A stretch of DNA of 64,000 bases, taken from an uncultured Gammaproteobacteria bacterium (GTDB lineage Bacteria > Patescibacteriota > Patescibacteriia > Magasanikbacterales > GWA2-37-8). Where the stretch lies: assembly GCA_964510885.1 (NCBI GenBank), contig CAZEDL010000006.1, positions 12,531 through 76,530 on the forward strand, given 5' to 3'. Below are positions 16,392-26,118 of the stretch, one piece after another. The notes under the pieces are model-generated. The model worked only from the letters and a program-made list of their open reading frames with translations. It had not been told where the DNA came from and made no database searches. Numbering within the stretch: position 1 is the stretch's first letter; each line of letters begins with the position of its first letter. Both the position numbers and the translations under genes were made by a program.

Positions 16392-17195
16392 ATGTCTCAG
16401 TCATCGATGAAATGGAGTCAGTATACGTTAGGGGCAATTCTTTTGGTGCTCGTGATTGTAGGGGGCACCACCCTCATTGCCACTAAGACATCACTGCTTG
16501 ATTCGCTTAAAAAATCTTCTGAACTAACAGTGCTCGGCAATAACGCCACAAGTGATCATGGACTTCCTTCGCCTCTAAGTTTTAGCGATAATATCGCTAC
16601 CGGTGTAACACATATCACGCACGGGCGCGCTGAGGTTGGGGATCTTGCCAATGGGTGGGGCACCTATAGAATCAGCGTGATCCGAGTTACTGATAATAAT
16701 GTGTATCTGCAAATTTGTCCTCCGGAGGTGAAAGGATATATGCTCTTTGGCGTCTGCCCGCGCCGCATCTATCAGGTAAATTTGACCACCAATGAATTGC
16801 GCAACACCGTCAGCGGCAATCGGGGCAATCTTGATATGGCCGAAGATATTTCCGCTGATGAAACTTGGGTGGCCGCCGGGCGCAGCGACCCAGATAGCAG
16901 CGTCGGCCCGATTACCGTCGTGGTGCAAGAGATTATTGGTGAGAGGAAATATGAGTTCCCGGTTATGAACGGATTTAATCAGATGGGTGATGTGAGGTTC
17001 TCTCCAGATGGCCGGAGCATTGCCTATGCCGCCGCTCTCGGCACTCCGGGCACTGAAGCCGGCGCAATTTTTATGATTGATATTGCCTCGGGTGTGCAGA
17101 CAGAAGTGGCAAAGAGCACTCGCCCCAACAGCTACCTACGGATTACGGGCTGGAAGGATGCGGCTACGGTGGATTATAAGGAAATCAATTTATAA
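16392..17195 (+). CDS. Membrane-anchored PD40/TolB-like beta-propeller repeat protein
   Basis: An N-terminal TM helix (LGAILLVLVIVGG) and SPDGRSIAYAA-type repeats. The start is shifted downstream of the promoter that sits inside the track's TTG-start ORF. Confidence 0.5.
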   Translation: MSQSSMKWSQYTLGAILLVLVIVGGTTLIATKTSLLDSLKKSSELTVLGNNATSDHGLPSPLSFSDNIATGVTHITHGRAEVGDLANGWGTYRISVIRVTDNNVYLQICPPEVKGYMLFGVCPRRIYQVNLTTNELRNTVSGNRGNLDMAEDISADETWVAAGRSDPDSSVGPITVVVQEIIGERKYEFPVMNGFNQMGDVRFSPDGRSIAYAAALGTPGTEAGAIFMIDIASGVQTEVAKSTRPNSYLRITGWKDAATVDYKEINL

Positions 17196-17200
17196 TTGTC

Positions 17201-18508
17201 CTATCCATTTCTAAAACGCCGGCGCTGCCAGGCGTTTTTTAATTCGCTGGCCAAAAATAGCGAACCGGTAATAAGCAGGGTGTCACTCGGCCCGAGTTTC
17301 GGTAGGAGTGAATCAAGGGCTGCACTTGGATCAAGATATAATTCAACGCGCCGAGTGCCGAGCTTTTTTTTCGCGAACGCATACACCGTGTCAGGATTCG
17401 CACTCCGTCGGTGGTGTTCGGCTGTAAACCGGGTGCACACAAAAGAGTGAGGTTGGAGAGTAGATAGCTCAGTCAGCATCGGGCCGATCGTTTTATCTTC
17501 GGCACAGCCGAATATAATATAGATTTTGCCCGGTCTACTTCTCATCATTTTTACTGTTTCTGTAGTAGCGTGAATCTTATCTGGATTATGGGCTCCATCT
17601 ATAATAATAAGTGGCCGCCGCGATACGATCTCGCAGCGCAGCGGCAGGTGCACGCGTTTCAATCCACGTCGAATAGCCGGCTCAGGAATACCACAGGCTG
17701 CGGCGACTGCACGCGCCAGGCGCGCATTGGTATGCTGATGTATCCCCGGTGCCAATAGTTTTTGACTAGCCGAACTATTGGCGTCAGATTTTTTTTCAGC
17801 CGGGGCGACGAGTGTAAATGGTGCCCCATGCTGCAGCGCGGTGCGCCTAATAATTTGTTGAATGCGCGGATCGCGTTCGGCGCTGAATACTGGTGCCTTT
17901 GAAATAATGATCCCAGCTTTTTGCACAGCGATCTTCGCGGTAGTCTTCCCAAGCACCGCCGTATGATCAAGCCCGATGTTCGTAATCACCGCTGCATCTT
18001 TATACGGAATAATATTAGTCGAGTCATATTTTCCGCCGAGGCCAACTTCAAGCACTGCCCAGGCTACCCGGCGGGCAGCAAAATAAGATAGACCAAGCGC
18101 TGTCAGAATTTCAAAATACGAAGGTGGATCAAGCGGATAAGTTTTTAGATAGTTAGTCAACGCTCTTTGTATTTTTTTTACTTCACTGACAAAATCCGCC
18201 TGGCTCATTATTTTTCCCTGCACCATAAAACTGCTCCGCGGGCCATTCAAGGCCGGAGAGGTAAATAGTCCAGTCTTTTTTCCGCCGGCGCGCCATATAG
18301 ATTCGAGCATCAGGCAGGTGGAGCCCTTGCCACTCGTGCCAGCCACATGAATGTAATGGGGGATACGCCGTTCCGGATTGCCGAGGATATTCAAAAAGCG
18401 CTGTAGCCGCTGCAAAAAATAGCGCGGATTGCGCCGATCGACCAAGTATTCTGAACGGGCTAAAGAGTGCAGTGATAACAGCCAGCGCTCGGCTTCAAGA
18501 AAAGTCAT
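17201..18508 (-). CDS. folC: Folylpolyglutamate synthase/dihydrofolate synthase (Mur ligase family)
   Basis: ATP-binding GTSGKGST and the Mur-ligase middle motif TNIGLDHT. Confidence 0.85.
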   Translation of the reverse strand: MTFLEAERWLLSLHSLARSEYLVDRRNPRYFLQRLQRFLNILGNPERRIPHYIHVAGTSGKGSTCLMLESIWRAGGKKTGLFTSPALNGPRSSFMVQGKIMSQADFVSEVKKIQRALTNYLKTYPLDPPSYFEILTALGLSYFAARRVAWAVLEVGLGGKYDSTNIIPYKDAAVITNIGLDHTAVLGKTTAKIAVQKAGIIISKAPVFSAERDPRIQQIIRRTALQHGAPFTLVAPAEKKSDANSSASQKLLAPGIHQHTNARLARAVAAACGIPEPAIRRGLKRVHLPLRCEIVSRRPLIIIDGAHNPDKIHATTETVKMMRSRPGKIYIIFGCAEDKTIGPMLTELSTLQPHSFVCTRFTAEHHRRSANPDTVYAFAKKKLGTRRVELYLDPSAALDSLLPKLGPSDTLLITGSLFLASELKNAWQRRRFRNG

Positions 18509-18640
18509 GACAGCAAAATTTTATCTAAAGTAAGCCAAAATTTTAATAAAACCTATCATAAAATAGGTTGACAAAAGTGTCAAATTATGGTATGCAAATA
18601 AGGTATTTATCCTAAAGTTAGCCAAATTATATATAATTGT

Positions 18641-19114
18641 ATGAGGCTAGAAACAAACGCTTATAACCCAAATTTGCCGGAGTCCCCAGCTAACTTTAAC
18701 TGGGACGACCTAAAAAGTAGCAAACCGCGTTATGAAGGCGATGGAGGTGAACCAGACGAGGATGAATTATTTAATGAACTATTAGATAGCGCTGATCCAG
18801 CTTGTCGAGAGCTAAAAAAACAGACAATGCGTAAATTAGAAAATAAAGTCTTATGGAAGCATCTTGATGGGCCAGATGACGCCTGGCATATGAAGCGAGA
18901 AGCCATGCAAACTCGTGCTGACGAGAGAATAAATGATTTGAGTTCGCCAGCAGGCCGGCTAAAGCGTGTCTTGATCGCTCAAAAAAGAGCTGTTTGGGAT
19001 ACAGCACACAAGACACTTGCAGCAATCCGGATTGTTGACGATTATCGTCAAGAGCGAAAAAAAATTATAGAAGAAAATAATGTAGCTCCCGATAATGAGT
19101 TATTGGCTGCCTAA
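18641..19114 (+). CDS. Hypothetical protein
   Basis: ORF preceded by a TTGACA...TATGCA promoter-like sequence; no recognisable domain. Confidence 0.45.
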   Translation: MRLETNAYNPNLPESPANFNWDDLKSSKPRYEGDGGEPDEDELFNELLDSADPACRELKKQTMRKLENKVLWKHLDGPDDAWHMKREAMQTRADERINDLSSPAGRLKRVLIAQKRAVWDTAHKTLAAIRIVDDYRQERKKIIEENNVAPDNELLAA

Positions 19115-19163
19115 CCAGAATGTACAATTAAACCCTCTTACTATACTGTAAGAGGGTTTTTAA

Positions 19164-20273
19164 TTATCTAATTAATGTTATATACCGCATCCCGCCAATA
19201 TTTTTCACGAGCCCTCTTAATTCCATTAGTGTTAAGTGGCTGTTCACAGTGGGGGCTGGTAAATGGGTGGTTTTAACTACTGTATCGATTGGCACTCCCG
19301 CCTGATCAAGGGTATTTATAATTTTTTGTTCGGTATCGGTTAGCGTAACTTTTTTAGGAGTAGTCACTAATTGTTTTACGGTGTGTAGCTGCAACTCTTC
19401 CATAATATCGTCGGCTCCTGTAACCAGTTTAGCACCTTGCGCAATCAGTCGATTGCCGCCAGCTCCAGCCTCCGAAGTGATCGGGTGGGGAATGGCAAAC
19501 ACTTCTCGGTTATAATCCAGCGCCGCTCGCGCAGTGATGAGAGCGCCGGATTCGCGCGGCGCTTCGGTGACGAGTGTCCCGAGTGTCAGCCCGGCAATAA
19601 TGCGATTGCGCGCCGGGAATGAATAGGCAGTGGGAAGAAACCCAGGTGGATATTCCGACACAATTGCGCCGCCTTCAGCTATGATCCGGGCTGCCAGCCG
19701 TCGGTGGGCACTCGGGAAAATATGACTGGTATCCACCCCCGAGCCAAGCACTGCCACGGTTTTGCCGCCGGCAGATAAGCTCGCGGTGTGTGCAATCCCG
19801 TCGATACCAAGGGCGAGGCCAGATACAATAGCAGCTCCGCTAGCTGCTAATTCACTGGCCAATCGCTCGGTCACAATCTGTCCATACTGTGTGTGCCGCC
19901 GGGTTCCCACCACCGCGATCGCCGGCGCAGCCCTAAGCGCCTCAAGTGATCCCCGCACAAATAGCGTGTGAGCCGGATCAGGAATTTCTTTGAGAAGCGG
20001 GGGATAGGCCGGGTCGGAAATTGACACTGTCGTGATGCCATGGCGATCAAGTTCAGACAATATTTGTTCTGGCGGATTCGCTTCGCGCCAGCGAATAAAG
20101 GCGTCAGCAATCTCGGCATCAAGCCCGGCAGAGAGCAGCTCCGGCAGTTCCGCTTCCCAGATATCTGGGGCAGTTTGAAAGTGACGCGTTAGTCGTTCGT
20201 AACGCCGATAAGTAATTTGAGGAAAGTGGGCCAAGGCAGCCAAATAATTCATAGATGATTGACAAAAAAACAC
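19164..20273 (-). CDS. dprA: DNA processing protein DprA (Smf)
   Basis: Rossmann-like DprA core (AVVGTRR...GLALGIDGIAH) and a C-terminal winged-helix region. Confidence 0.88.
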   Translation of the reverse strand: MFFCQSSMNYLAALAHFPQITYRRYERLTRHFQTAPDIWEAELPELLSAGLDAEIADAFIRWREANPPEQILSELDRHGITTVSISDPAYPPLLKEIPDPAHTLFVRGSLEALRAAPAIAVVGTRRHTQYGQIVTERLASELAASGAAIVSGLALGIDGIAHTASLSAGGKTVAVLGSGVDTSHIFPSAHRRLAARIIAEGGAIVSEYPPGFLPTAYSFPARNRIIAGLTLGTLVTEAPRESGALITARAALDYNREVFAIPHPITSEAGAGGNRLIAQGAKLVTGADDIMEELQLHTVKQLVTTPKKVTLTDTEQKIINTLDQAGVPIDTVVKTTHLPAPTVNSHLTLMELRGLVKNIGGMRYITLIR

Positions 20274-20311
20274 TTCACCGTCACAATACGATAGTTACTT
20301 AATACTACTAT

Positions 20312-20596
20312 ATGTCAGAGCGTGCCCCGAGGGAAGTTGATAGCCTGTTAATAAAAAGAGCCATGATTGAATTGGTGGCTCTCAGCGAAGATGGGCCGGA
20401 GCAAAAAGAGGCACGAATGCAACGATTTGAAGCTGTCGTCGGTTCCGCTGGTGTTGACCGGACTCAATTGTTACAGGCTGTGCAGACTGAAATTGATGCT
20501 CAACTTTCATCTAAAGGCTATAATGCAGAATTAGCCACTAAATTAAAATTTGCTTTAGCAAAAATTGCAGAGCTACTGGATAAGCCTACGGAATAA
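20312..20596 (+). CDS. Hypothetical small protein (94 aa)
   Basis: ORF only. Confidence 0.4.
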   Translation: MSERAPREVDSLLIKRAMIELVALSEDGPEQKEARMQRFEAVVGSAGVDRTQLLQAVQTEIDAQLSSKGYNAELATKLKFALAKIAELLDKPTE

Positions 20597-21644
20597 TAAA
20601 CAGATTTTTTTTGGGAATTTTAGACAGTACCACCGGGCCGTTTTTAGTCAGATGAACCACATCTTCCAATCTGACGCCGCCCCACTTCGGAATATAAATT
20701 CCGGGTTCAATGGTAAATACCGAATCAACCTCAATTGTATCCGGTGATCCGGGGCCAAGCACCGGCCGTTCATGGATCTCGAGGCCGACCCCGTGCCCCA
20801 GCGCATGGCCAAAATAACTGCCATACCCCTGGCTATCAATATAATCGCGAGCAACCTTGTCTATATCAGCCGCTCGCACACCCGGTTTCACCGCTGCAAG
20901 CGCCTTCTGCTGCGCATCATACACGATCTTATAGATCGTTTTTTGTTTGTCCGTAACGCGGCCAATCCCGATAGTCACCGTTTCATCAGCATGATATCCA
21001 TGGTACACGCCGCCAAAGTCAATCGTCAGTAGCTCTCCTTTTTTTATAATCTTTGACGTAGCGACGCCATGCGGCAAGGCGCCGCGCGCTCCCGAGGCGA
21101 TAATCGTATCAAAGCCGATCCGTTCCGCTCCATAGGTCAGAAGCAGTGTTTCCAGTCGCCGCCGAATTTCATATTCAGTGCGGCCCGGTTTTATTTCAGG
21201 CAATAATTTTTTGAACGCATGCCGGTTGATACGCATCGCTTCGGCCAACAGTTCCGCTTCAGCCGCGGTTTTAACGGCGCGCAATAACGCACTATCTTCA
21301 GGGAGTGGTATGAGAGTGATAGCTCGCGGTAGTTGTTTTTTGAGTCTCTCAAAACTGCCAACCGTTGTATCATCGGCAAAAAATCCTAGCCGTTTTTTGG
21401 CTGTTTTTGGCAGATGCTCTTTAATAAGTGTCGCTGGGCCATCCTTAGAATTTAAAATTTTCCATTTCGGCGCCTGCTTTTTGGCCTGAGCAAGATAGCG
21501 GAAGTCGGTGATCAGGTAACGCTGCCGCTCGGTGATAAGGGCTACGGCCGTGGTGCCAGTAAAACCACTGAGGTAGCGGATTGTGGTTATATCAGATAAA
21601 AAAATTCCGGCCAGGCGATGTGTCCGAAATAAGTGCGTAAGCAT
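20586..21644 (-). CDS. pepP: Xaa-Pro aminopeptidase (M24B family)
   Basis: HGLGHGVGLEIHE metal-binding signature and the pita-bread fold motifs. Confidence 0.85.
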   Translation of the reverse strand: MLTHLFRTHRLAGIFLSDITTIRYLSGFTGTTAVALITERQRYLITDFRYLAQAKKQAPKWKILNSKDGPATLIKEHLPKTAKKRLGFFADDTTVGSFERLKKQLPRAITLIPLPEDSALLRAVKTAAEAELLAEAMRINRHAFKKLLPEIKPGRTEYEIRRRLETLLLTYGAERIGFDTIIASGARGALPHGVATSKIIKKGELLTIDFGGVYHGYHADETVTIGIGRVTDKQKTIYKIVYDAQQKALAAVKPGVRAADIDKVARDYIDSQGYGSYFGHALGHGVGLEIHERPVLGPGSPDTIEVDSVFTIEPGIYIPKWGGVRLEDVVHLTKNGPVVLSKIPKKNLFIIP

Positions 21645-21656
21645 AAGCAGAAATAA

Positions 21657-22190
21657 TTAATGAAGCCAACTGCGGAGCCTGTCTTCAGAAGCCAAACAGC
21701 TCTGCAGCAAGGCCGTCTTTTCTGCAGTGGAAAAGTGCCCCAGCACGAACTCACTCGTCTCGATCGGGGAGTCGGTTGCGGGTGCAATCCCGAGGCGGAG
21801 CCGGGTAAATGCTTGGCTGCCGAGGTGGGTGATGATAGACACGATGCCATTGTGGCCGGCTGGTCCGCGGTCGCTGTGCCAGCGGGTTTCGCCCAGTGGG
21901 ATATCTTTATCATCGTGCACAACTAGTACATCGCCGAGGCTAAGTTTATAAAAATCGAATACTGCTCTGACTGATACACCAGATTCATTCATATACGTCT
22001 GCGGTTTGAGCAGCAGCACTTTGTGACCGTCCACGCTGCCGCTCGCCACCTCAGACTGAAATTTTTTGTCGAACGAAAAAGTGCCAAGGTTCCACCGGGC
22101 AGCCAATTCATCAAGCGCCAAAAATCCGGCGTTATGCCGAGTGTCCATATAGTCTTTGCCTGGATTGCCAAGACCAACGATAAGATTCAT
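21657..22190 (-). CDS. pth: Peptidyl-tRNA hydrolase
   Basis: N-terminal MNLIVGLGNPGKDYMDTRHNAGF is the canonical Pth signature. Confidence 0.95.
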   Translation of the reverse strand: MNLIVGLGNPGKDYMDTRHNAGFLALDELAARWNLGTFSFDKKFQSEVASGSVDGHKVLLLKPQTYMNESGVSVRAVFDFYKLSLGDVLVVHDDKDIPLGETRWHSDRGPAGHNGIVSIITHLGSQAFTRLRLGIAPATDSPIETSEFVLGHFSTAEKTALLQSCLASEDRLRSWLH

Positions 22191-22195
22191 AAATA

Positions 22196-23575
22196 TTAAT
22201 TCACGCGCTTTTTAAGCTTGGTCATTTTTATGATGATCGGTGCAGCAAAGAATCCGAACTGCTCGCGCAGGCGATTGCTGAGGTAGTGCACATACGAAAT
22301 ATGTACCGAAGTTTTGTGTTTAATAAAAATTTCAAACAGCGGCGGGCAGGTGCGCAGTTGGTGAATACTGGCAATTTCCGGGTGCCGCACTCCGAGGCCC
22401 CGGGTAGGCAAATGTTTTTTGGTGGCGGCTTTCAGGAATTTCTTTAGCGTATCTTCATCAAGCATAATCTGGCGCTCAGCCTCGGCCCTCGTAATGAGTG
22501 GGAAAATCTGGTGCACGCGATAGCCTGTTTTGGCACTCACAAACACAATTGGCGCATAACTTAGATGTGGAAATTTTTTATAGATATGTTCCTTCACTTC
22601 GTTGCGGAAGGCATCGCCATTATCATCAGCTTCATCCCATTTATTGATAATCAAAATCACGCTCTTGGTATGTTCGCGTAATAGGCCTGCCAATTGTTGG
22701 TCTTGGTCTGTCACCGGTTCAGTGGCATCAAGCACCAGCAAGATTAAATCTGCCCGGTCAATGGCTGCAATACTTTTATCAATGCCCTGGCGTTCTAGTT
22801 CGCCGGACACTTTGGTCTTGCGGCGGATACCGGCCGTATCTACGAATACTATCTGTTTGCCATCTACTTCTACCAGCGTATCATGAGGTTCGCGAGTGGT
22901 ATGCGGCATATTGCTCACTATCACCCGCTCTTCGCCGATCAGTTTGTTGAATAGCGATGATTTGCCCACATTAGGCTTGCCAACCAAGGCCACTTTTAGC
23001 GGCTCTTTATCATCCAATGTTTTCGGGCGGCGTGAACCTTTGTTAAATTTTTGAAATACCAAATCAAGGAGGTCACCGACGCTCGTGCCGTTTGCCGCCG
23101 ATACCGGCATCACTTCGCCAAGGTTCAATTTTTGCCATTCGCGGTCATACACCTGGTGGCGGCTGGCTGGGTTATCAGCCTTGTTGGCCACCACGACTAC
23201 TGGCTTCTTGGCCCGATCAGTGCGCAGGCGATTGGCCAGTTCATATTCTTGGGGAAGGATGCCATTTTGAATATCGGTCACCAGCACAATCACATCCGCT
23301 TCTTCAAGGGCTAATTCGGTTTGTTTAATAATATCATCTTCAAGCGGCACATCATCGGCAAAGGTCAGCCCACCGGTATCAATGATCCGGAATTGTTTGC
23401 CGCGCCAGGTGGCGGTGGCAATATTGCGGGTGCGAGTAGTGCCAGGAACATTTGAAACGATGGCTAAATTACGCTCTAGAATTTTGTTAAATAGTGTTGA
23501 TTTGCCCACATTCACCCGGCCAACCAGAGCCATGGTGGGGAGGCGTTGATCAATAATGGTGGCTGGGGTGCTCAT
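22196..23575 (-). CDS. der: Ribosome biogenesis GTPase Der (EngA), tandem GTPase domains plus KH
   Basis: Two G1 motifs (GRVNVGKST, GKPNVGKSS) and a C-terminal KH-like domain. Confidence 0.95.
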   Translation of the reverse strand: MSTPATIIDQRLPTMALVGRVNVGKSTLFNKILERNLAIVSNVPGTTRTRNIATATWRGKQFRIIDTGGLTFADDVPLEDDIIKQTELALEEADVIVLVTDIQNGILPQEYELANRLRTDRAKKPVVVVANKADNPASRHQVYDREWQKLNLGEVMPVSAANGTSVGDLLDLVFQKFNKGSRRPKTLDDKEPLKVALVGKPNVGKSSLFNKLIGEERVIVSNMPHTTREPHDTLVEVDGKQIVFVDTAGIRRKTKVSGELERQGIDKSIAAIDRADLILLVLDATEPVTDQDQQLAGLLREHTKSVILIINKWDEADDNGDAFRNEVKEHIYKKFPHLSYAPIVFVSAKTGYRVHQIFPLITRAEAERQIMLDEDTLKKFLKAATKKHLPTRGLGVRHPEIASIHQLRTCPPLFEIFIKHKTSVHISYVHYLSNRLREQFGFFAAPIIIKMTKLKKRVN

Positions 23576-23585
23576 GTAATAATAT

Positions 23586-25097
23586 TTAGGGGGTGAGGTA
23601 ATCCTCGCCGATAACGATTAAAAGGTCGCTGTTTGGGTCGGCCGGGCCAAGGCGGCCCGTGCTGCTAGACATATCATCTGCAGGCTGAGTTGGCAAGGCC
23701 TTGGCTTCTAGTTGTAATTCTTTTTGCAGGTCGGTTAACAGCTCTTGATTCACTGCTCCGTCAAGCAAATAAAGGCTCGTTTTGGCAACCGGTCGGATGC
23801 TACTGTTACCAACCGTGGTAACACTAAAGCCCTTACCTTCCAGCGTTTTTTTGACTCGGGCCGCCAGGCCCACTTGCCAGGTGCCGTTTTGTATTTCGAT
23901 GGTAGCCTTGGCAAAAGCCGGATTGGGCAGAGGCGTCACCGGCAGGGCAGCGCTCCCAGTTGCCACTACCGCCGGGGTGGATGTGGCGTCAAAGATCCCG
24001 AGAATAGCTGAATTTACTGGCCCGAAGGTGCCAGTTTTTGGGGTGAGCAAGAAAGCCCCACCCTCGCCGGTGGTCGGAGCCAAGAGTCCGCCCGGACTAT
24101 CGTCGATCACCAAATTTCTGATCGCATTCTGATTAGTATCTTTGGCCACGCTCGCAAGGTACATCAATTGATCGAGGCTGAGGTTGGTGGCAATATTACT
24201 GGTCAATGAATCATAAATTCCTTGCACTCGGAGCGGATTAAGATAGGTCCCCGCCGAGAGCATTTTTTCTTTCAGCGCAACCAGCACCTGCTGCTGGCGT
24301 CGTGACCGGGCAAAATCAGAACCTTCGCCATTATTGCCATGACGCGACCGAGAATAGGTCAGCGCCTGCTCGCCATTCATGGTCTGTGTACCAGCCGTGA
24401 AGCTGACCGTTTTATAAGAATCATTGGGGCCTGGATAAGAATAATCGGTAAAACTTTTGTCTACCGTAATGGTCACACCGCCCACCTGATCCACCAATTC
24501 GTTGAACGCCTTGAAATCAACCCGTAAATAGTAGGGGATAGACAATCCAAAATTATCGGCAAAAATTTGGCGGGCATAGTCACCGCCCTGGCCCGGCTGC
24601 TTAGTTTCGCCGATCGCATCGGCACTATTTATTTTGCGGTAGCCATAGCCCGGAATATTCACTGCCAGATCCCGGGGGATAGAGATCAAGGCCACTTCTT
24701 TGGTGCTTGGCTTGAAGCTTAGAATAATATTAGTATCGCTGAGGTACGCTCCATCATGGCCGCTACCGCCAATGCCAAGTAGCAGTATGTTCACCCGGTC
24801 TTCTTCTTGCCCTGCTAACACGACGCCTCCGGGAAAAATAAAATTTTTAACGGTGGTGAGCGACCAGCCAGTACCCGGTGTCAGAAATCGTCCGCTCTTC
24901 GCGTTACTGTTTCTAGATAGCAGGTGCACTGCTCCGAGGGTGGCCAGTACCACTAATACAATAAGAAAAAATCGCCGCCCCTTGTTAGGGGAAGCTGTAT
25001 CTGGTTCGGGTAATGGATTGCGTGGAGTTAAAAGATTTATGCGGTCTTGTTCATTCATAGTGAGTATAATTGTAGCATAGGATTTACGCGGTTTCAA
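23586..25097 (-). CDS. LytR-CpsA-Psr (LCP) family cell-envelope phosphotransferase
   Basis: An N-terminal TM helix, the LCP core (LLGIGGSG...DTNIILSF...ISIPRDL) and a C-terminal LytR_C-like region. Confidence 0.85.
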   Translation of the reverse strand: MKPRKSYATIILTMNEQDRINLLTPRNPLPEPDTASPNKGRRFFLIVLVVLATLGAVHLLSRNSNAKSGRFLTPGTGWSLTTVKNFIFPGGVVLAGQEEDRVNILLLGIGGSGHDGAYLSDTNIILSFKPSTKEVALISIPRDLAVNIPGYGYRKINSADAIGETKQPGQGGDYARQIFADNFGLSIPYYLRVDFKAFNELVDQVGGVTITVDKSFTDYSYPGPNDSYKTVSFTAGTQTMNGEQALTYSRSRHGNNGEGSDFARSRRQQQVLVALKEKMLSAGTYLNPLRVQGIYDSLTSNIATNLSLDQLMYLASVAKDTNQNAIRNLVIDDSPGGLLAPTTGEGGAFLLTPKTGTFGPVNSAILGIFDATSTPAVVATGSAALPVTPLPNPAFAKATIEIQNGTWQVGLAARVKKTLEGKGFSVTTVGNSSIRPVAKTSLYLLDGAVNQELLTDLQKELQLEAKALPTQPADDMSSSTGRLGPADPNSDLLIVIGEDYLTP

Positions 25098-25209
25098 CTA
25101 CAGTCGACGCTGCCTTGATTTGCTGAGTCTCATATGGTATTATTTTAATAAGACGATTCGCATATCAGAGAATTTTCCATAATTCTGTGCATGGTAAACC
25201 GCTGCTACC

Positions 25210-25283
25210 GGGTGTTTAGCTCAGTTGGTTAGAGCGTTGCGTTCACATCGCAAAGGTCACAGGTTCGAGTCCTGTAATACCCA
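25210..25283 (+). tRNA. tRNA-Val (anticodon CAC)
   Basis: GGGTGTT acceptor, GCTCAGTTGGTTAGAGC D-arm, anticodon loop UUCACAU, GGTTCGAGTCC T-arm, discriminator A. A TTGATT-17-TATTAT promoter lies upstream (about 25126-25154). Confidence 0.92.
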
Positions 25284-25392
25284 CTTATTAAGTAGTTTGT
25301 AATTAGTAGTTAGTAATTTGGGTAGAAGAATGTAAATTTTTGTATAAAGCACGTCCAAACTACTAATTACACACTCTAACTACAAATAAGTG
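25282..25392. repeat. Long AT-rich imperfect inverted repeat (arms about 35 bp: CACTTATTAAGTAGTTTGTAATTAGTAGTT...AACTACTAATTAC...AATAAGTG) starting at the tRNA-Val 3' end
   Basis: Seen in sequence; the arms are roughly 25282-25320 and 25357-25392. Confidence 0.55.
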
Positions 25393-25445
25393 CTTCTCAT
25401 TATTACAAAACTACCCATTAATAATTACCGACCACTCAAATTATT

Positions 25446-25952
25446 ATGCCTCGGGATTTAACCAAAGAAAATGCTCCGCTTGGCGAACCTGCCTTTGGGT
25501 GGGAAGTCAATGAATATGAAAAATACGACCATAGCCGCCGGTGGTATCTCATCGTTGCCGTAGTAGGCTTGGCCTTAGTAGCGTTTTCAGTCTTTTCCAC
25601 CAACTACCTGTTCGCTCTGATCATTGTGTTATTTGGCATTGTGCTCTATTTGCACGAAGCCCAGGATCCAATCCTCATCCCCTTTACAATTACCTCAACT
25701 GGTATTATACTGGGCCGGAAGTTCTATCGGTATAGCGAATTAAAAGAGTTTTGGATCATTTACGAACCGGGCGAGGTAAAAAGCCTCTATTTTAGCCTCA
25801 ATTCGGCGATTAAGCACCGGTTGCAGGTTCCACTGCTAGATAATGACCCACTCGCTATTCGGGATTTTTTGAAACAGTACCTCAAAGAAAACCTAGCCGA
25901 AGAAGACGAGCCGCTTAGCGATCGCTTGGCGCGCGTCCTAGAACTGCATTGA
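25446..25952 (+). CDS. Hypothetical membrane protein (2 TM)
   Basis: ORF with two hydrophobic helices. Confidence 0.5.
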   Translation: MPRDLTKENAPLGEPAFGWEVNEYEKYDHSRRWYLIVAVVGLALVAFSVFSTNYLFALIIVLFGIVLYLHEAQDPILIPFTITSTGIILGRKFYRYSELKEFWIIYEPGEVKSLYFSLNSAIKHRLQVPLLDNDPLAIRDFLKQYLKENLAEEDEPLSDRLARVLELH

Positions 25953-25963
25953 AAATAGTCTAA

Positions 25964-26035
25964 GCACCCGTCGTTCAACGGATAGGACACTGGCCTGCGA
26001 AGCCGGAAATTTAGGTTCGATTCCTAACGGGTGCA
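25964..26035 (+). tRNA. tRNA-Arg (anticodon read as GCG)
   Basis: Perfect 7-bp acceptor GCACCCG/CGGGTGC, T-arm TTAGGTTCGATTCCTAA, and anticodon stem CUGGC/GCCGG with loop CUGCGAA. No encoded CCA. It is followed by a strong terminator. Confidence 0.85.
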
Positions 26036-26038
26036 CAA

Positions 26039-26080
26039 ACACAATACCTCCCCAAAAGGGAGGTATTGTGTTATTTTTTT
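26039..26080 (+). terminator. Strong intrinsic terminator ACACAATACCTCCC-aaaa-GGGAGGTATTGTGT followed by T8
   Basis: Seen in sequence; it terminates the tRNA-Val/Arg region. Confidence 0.8.
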
Positions 26081-26118
26081 ACTCTTTTCACTGTCTAATC
26101 TTGTGCTATACTTTTATC

